Positions 59,540 through 64,000 of a stretch of DNA of 64,000 nucleotides are shown in pieces. Below the pieces are notes generated by a model. That model was given only the letters and a program-made list of their open reading frames with translations. It ran no database searches and was not told where the DNA came from. Source of the stretch: Octopus vulgaris (lineage: Eukaryota); NCBI GenBank assembly GCA_951406725.2, contig OX597826.1:60264001-60328000 (forward strand), read 5' to 3'. The position numbers were made by a program, and so were the translations under genes. Every line of letters starts with the position of its first letter. Position 1 is the first letter of the stretch.

Positions 59540-60091
59540 CTGATGAACCAGAACGAGTCGCCGAGAACAATGAGCATAAGACACTGAGGTATTTTAAAAT
59601 CCAAAGTGGGTCCCTAATCGAGGCTCGGAGACCAGATATTGGTTGTTATTTTTAGGGGAAAATGAAATCAAATTCATAGATATTGCTTTACTTGGAGATG
59701 CACGATTAAGTGACAAAGAACTAGAAAGACTGAAAAATACAGACCACTAAAAAACGAAATTGGACTATGAGGAGAGTGTCTGTCATTTCAGTAGTTGTAG
59801 GGTCATTCGGATCCCTAACAACCAACTTCGAGAAATATGTCGAAGAAATCGGAATTGACATGAGAGCAGAGCAAGCCCCTGAAGCTGCTCTGCTGGTGAG
59901 ATCTAGGATTTTTAGATTGGTACTTGGATATTTAATATCTCTCACGATAATTAACAACCAAGTATCAAAGCATATAATGTGTGGAAATAGATCCTGTGAG
60001 ATCCCTGACAGCAGGCTGCTGTCCGCACTCACAGAATCTATCAGAACAAACAAGACCGAACGTTCTGAGAAGTAAAGCAATAATAATAATA
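59540..60091 (+). mobile_element. R4/Dong-type LINE 3' fragment with (AAT)n tail
   Basis: EPERVAENN...IEARRPDI...VSVISVVVGSFG...AALL..SRIFRLVL, ending in caataataataat. Confidence 0.8.
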
Positions 60092-60621
60092 TTGTTTTAT
60101 TTTCATTATTATATTTAATATTATTACTGTCTAAACTATTCTGAATCTCGCATATCAATAGCATCTTATATTTCTGTATTTTTTTCTATGTATTTACACA
60201 AAAGATTAAAACACCTATATTTCAAATTCTTCTTAATATCTTCATAGATGCACTCGGAAAAATAAATATTGGCATTTAGATGCTGTACTGATAGCGCTGT
60301 AACATTTATAATCTTCTATTTACTATTTTTTGTTAAAGAACAAGACCTCAATAGCTATCATAATAGTTGTGCGGATGAATCAGATCCGCCTCATAGTGTA
60401 CTCAAAATCATCGTTTAGGACATTGACAGCAAATTAATGATGATTAATTCTTTAATGGACTGAAAATGCCGGGTACGAAATTCGCTGGTCTGGGCTTCGT
60501 GTAGAAACGACATATAAGTAAGGAAACAACAGTTTCGAAATCAAAATGATGTTGGTGGATGAAAATGTATCTGCACCCGGTAGATATTAAATGCAGGGCA
60601 GTGAACCCCGACCATCTTCCA

Positions 60622-61598
60622 GTCGCGAGGATAACCACAAAGTGGTCGAAACCAATTGCGATCTCGCGGTCTCGTGGCTGGAATGTGGTAGAGATTCATT
60701 CTTCTGCCGCAATATATATCGGGTGTACATTTCATCGAATAACCAGCTGGAAGAGGCGTTGCACTGGGGTCTAAAATAGCAGTAATGTCGGTTCCTACGA
60801 AATAGCCATCTTTCTGTGGCGATAAACATTGCTTCTCACTGTAATTAGTGCTTTCATTCTTACATATATTTTTAACTAGTGAATTTTCTTGATGCAAAAT
60901 CATGACTGTGCGTGACTTGATTTCTGTATGTTGCGAGATGCAGTGTAAAACTGCTATTTCTAGCCTATTTATAGGCTGCCGGGTTCGATCTTTTTGAACT
61001 TTCATTCGTTTTCTTTCTTCATTTTTGTCTAAAAACAAAAAAAAGTTCTAGTTTAAGGTAAAAATTAATCATTATATAAAATATTTTTTAATTAAATTTT
61101 TAACATAATGCTCATTCGAACTCATTTAACATTTTTGTATTTGTTTGTCTTGTAATGTCCTTTTCTATGTACGATCAGTTTGATCATAATAAAGATTTTA
61201 TTTCTAGCCGACGAGTATCCACCACGATGGATGACCACAAGGAGGTGGAAACATTACTCTCTCGTGGTCTCATAGCTGGAGGATAATAGGAATCCACGAA
61301 CCTGCTGGAATATACATTGGGTGCAGATCGCATCAAATAACCAGCTACAGGAGGCGTTTCCCCTGGGGTTAAAAATAGCTTTACCGTCGGTTCCTACGAG
61401 ACAGCCATCCTTCAGTGGCGATAATCATTTTTCTCGGGATAATTACTTTCATCTATTATAGAGATTTTCTAACTTGCTAATTTACTTGTTGCAAGGTCAG
61501 TGATTGTGTGTCAGTTGATGCGAGCTGGCGTGAACTACTGCTATTTCTAGCGAATGAGTATCCACCACGGCATATAGTTAAAAAGAGGTCGAAAACAG
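60622..61598. repeat. Diverged ~340 bp direct repeats (60622-60964, 61201-61551, partial third from 61544)
   Basis: Collinear blocks aataaccagct...gaggcgtt...ctgggg, gtcggttcctacga.a.agccatc, gtggcgataa and actgctatttctagc. Confidence 0.75.
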
Positions 61599-62086
61599 AC
61601 TTTTATTGGTACAGCTAACATGAAGGTATGCATGACTCTTTCAGTTTTTAAATTATATAAAGTTTCCGGCAACAAAGATACAGAGTTTTACCGTGGGTAT
61701 GTAAGCTCCAAAATAAACATGTGAGATTGTGTATTTGAGAAATGTCTTGCATAGTGTTACTGTTACTGTTAGAGACTATATTTATATTGTACGAACTACC
61801 TGGTTATTGGAGTTCACCTGAAAACAGAGAACAAGAAACTGCAAGTTGCTTTGAATGTAACATAAAACAATATAATGAAATACACAATAATATAATATGC
61901 ACTCCATATATTTTAGTTGTGTGCGCTTGCGTGGGTGCGCATGTATGTATACATTAACATATTGATTCCAACTTGCTTGCATACATACATATATATTTTT
62001 CCCAAAATTTGTGTAAATGTGCACGCACACAGACACACACAAATATATGTATAGAGACAGAGAGAACTAGATAGAAAGAGAGAGAG

Positions 62087-62202
<116 letters not shown>

Positions 62203-62203
62203 T

Positions 62204-62241
<38 letters not shown>

Positions 62242-62245
62242 CATT

Positions 62246-62280
<35 letters not shown>

Positions 62281-63102
62281 CATTATATATATATTAAGAA
62301 ATAGATATACAAATATATGTGTGAGTGTGTGTGTGTACACATACATGCCTGCCTTTAAATTCATACTGTTGCGCATACACGTGTTCTAACGAGTGTACAT
62401 AGGCATTATTTCTGTCTTTATACATGCGAAGCGTCAATGTTTTCCTGAAGAAAAAAGTCTTCACAACATTTGGGTGTAAATACACCTGACTCCAACACCG
62501 TTTATTATATTTTGTGAATGTATAATTATACATACATGTTCCTCTAAATAGATGTAATGATATACTTTCATATCTCCTATTGTTTGAAGATATGTATCTA
62601 TATTATCATGTCATTGTCCACGTGTGCTATGCATTTGTACGTTGTATCTTACTGTATAATTGCGTGTGGTGGTGCATGCTAATATGTAATAGTATATATC
62701 TATGTGTATAGGTGTGTGTCTGTGTGTGTGTCTGTGTGCATGCGTGCATGCTTGTAAATGCATGATATGAATTTGCTTTTAACTGCTTATAGTTTTTGTT
62801 CATCTTCTCAAATATATACCTTCATACCTGTTCATAATCGGAGTGGAAATTGCTTCATAATATATAGGTAACTCTATAAGGTTTACATGCACACACACAC
62901 ACACACACACACACACCATATATATATGTATATATATATATATATATATATAGACATACATATGACAACACCCACAGAGTGATGCACACATGTTTATGCA
63001 CAGGTGAGCGCGCACGCACACATTGATGTATAATTATATACAACTCGTGTCTATACATATACGGTTATATCTGCGAACGTGTTTGTGTTTGTGACCGTGT
63101 AC

Positions 63103-63146
<44 letters not shown>

Positions 63147-63170
63147 TTATGTGTGTGTATGTGTGTGTGT

Positions 63171-63215
<45 letters not shown>

Positions 63216-63588
63216 TATATGTATATATATATATAATAAATATATATATATATATTATATATATTATATATATTATATACATATATATTTATACATATGT
63301 ATACATATGTATATATATGGATATATATGCGTATGTTCTTATGTTTTTATTGCTACAGATAGATATATTCACCAGATCACAAGTATTTTTCAATGTAGTT
63401 GTGAATATATTTTGCGGCTGATTCTATGGTCGTTATCAGCAACAAGTATGCTTCTTTCAAGTTTTTCCACACGTATGACAACAGATACACACACACACAC
63501 ACACACACACACGCACGCATATATATATATATAGAGAGAGAGAGAGAGGGGGAGAGAGAGCGAGAGAGAGAGTTAGATAGATAGATAA

Positions 63589-63619
<31 letters not shown>

Positions 63620-63637
63620 CATACATACATACATACA

Positions 63638-63669
<32 letters not shown>

Positions 63670-64000
63670 GATATATATGCATACATAAATATATTCATGT
63701 ACACATGAACTGCATACATATATTTGTAAGATACGTAAAGGATTATTAATAGAGAATACGAAAAATAACTGATACTATTAATTGTGTTTGCATATTGCAG
63801 TCAGTAGTAAACATATCCATAAGTGTATGTCTTCACTGTATGCATACATGCGCACACACACACACGCACTCACAAACACACACAAACTCACAAACACACA
63901 CACACTCGCAGAAGCATACACACTTATGATGTGTAACTTGGTATATATTCATATATATATATATTCAAGATGTGACCGCGTGTGTTTCGTTGGCGATTTC

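Noticed and set aside
60541-61038. 165 aa minus-strand ORF
   Set aside because: Non-ATG start, and the paralogous repeat at 61201-61551 shifts frame and has stops.

Overview
Eukaryotic, very AT-rich, microsatellite-saturated genomic DNA. The SINE families and the (TA)n/(CA)n/(TAGA)n density point to an octopod cephalopod (inference). The only well-supported host gene is an intronless class A GPCR (432-1628, minus strand; FMRFamide/Srw-like) with EKM in place of E/DRY. Nearly all other ORFs in the track are translated microsatellites. The rest is a transposon graveyard: at least three tRNA-derived SINE families, R4/Dong-type (RLE) and RTE-type LINE fragments, several mariner/Tc1 relics (one full length with TIRs) and Penelope-like element (PLE) relics, including a Naiad-type GIY-YIG fragment. 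Two recurring patterns stand out. (1) Non-coding fold-back elements (arm - microsatellite - inverted arm) sit in TA/AAT repeats, and several carry type I hammerhead ribozyme folds, one with an intact CUGAUGA/GAAA/GUA core in both arms. (2) SINE concatemers (a trimer and a dimer) are each enclosed by a single 15-16 bp target-site duplication. All alignments and folds were read by eye; no searches were run.
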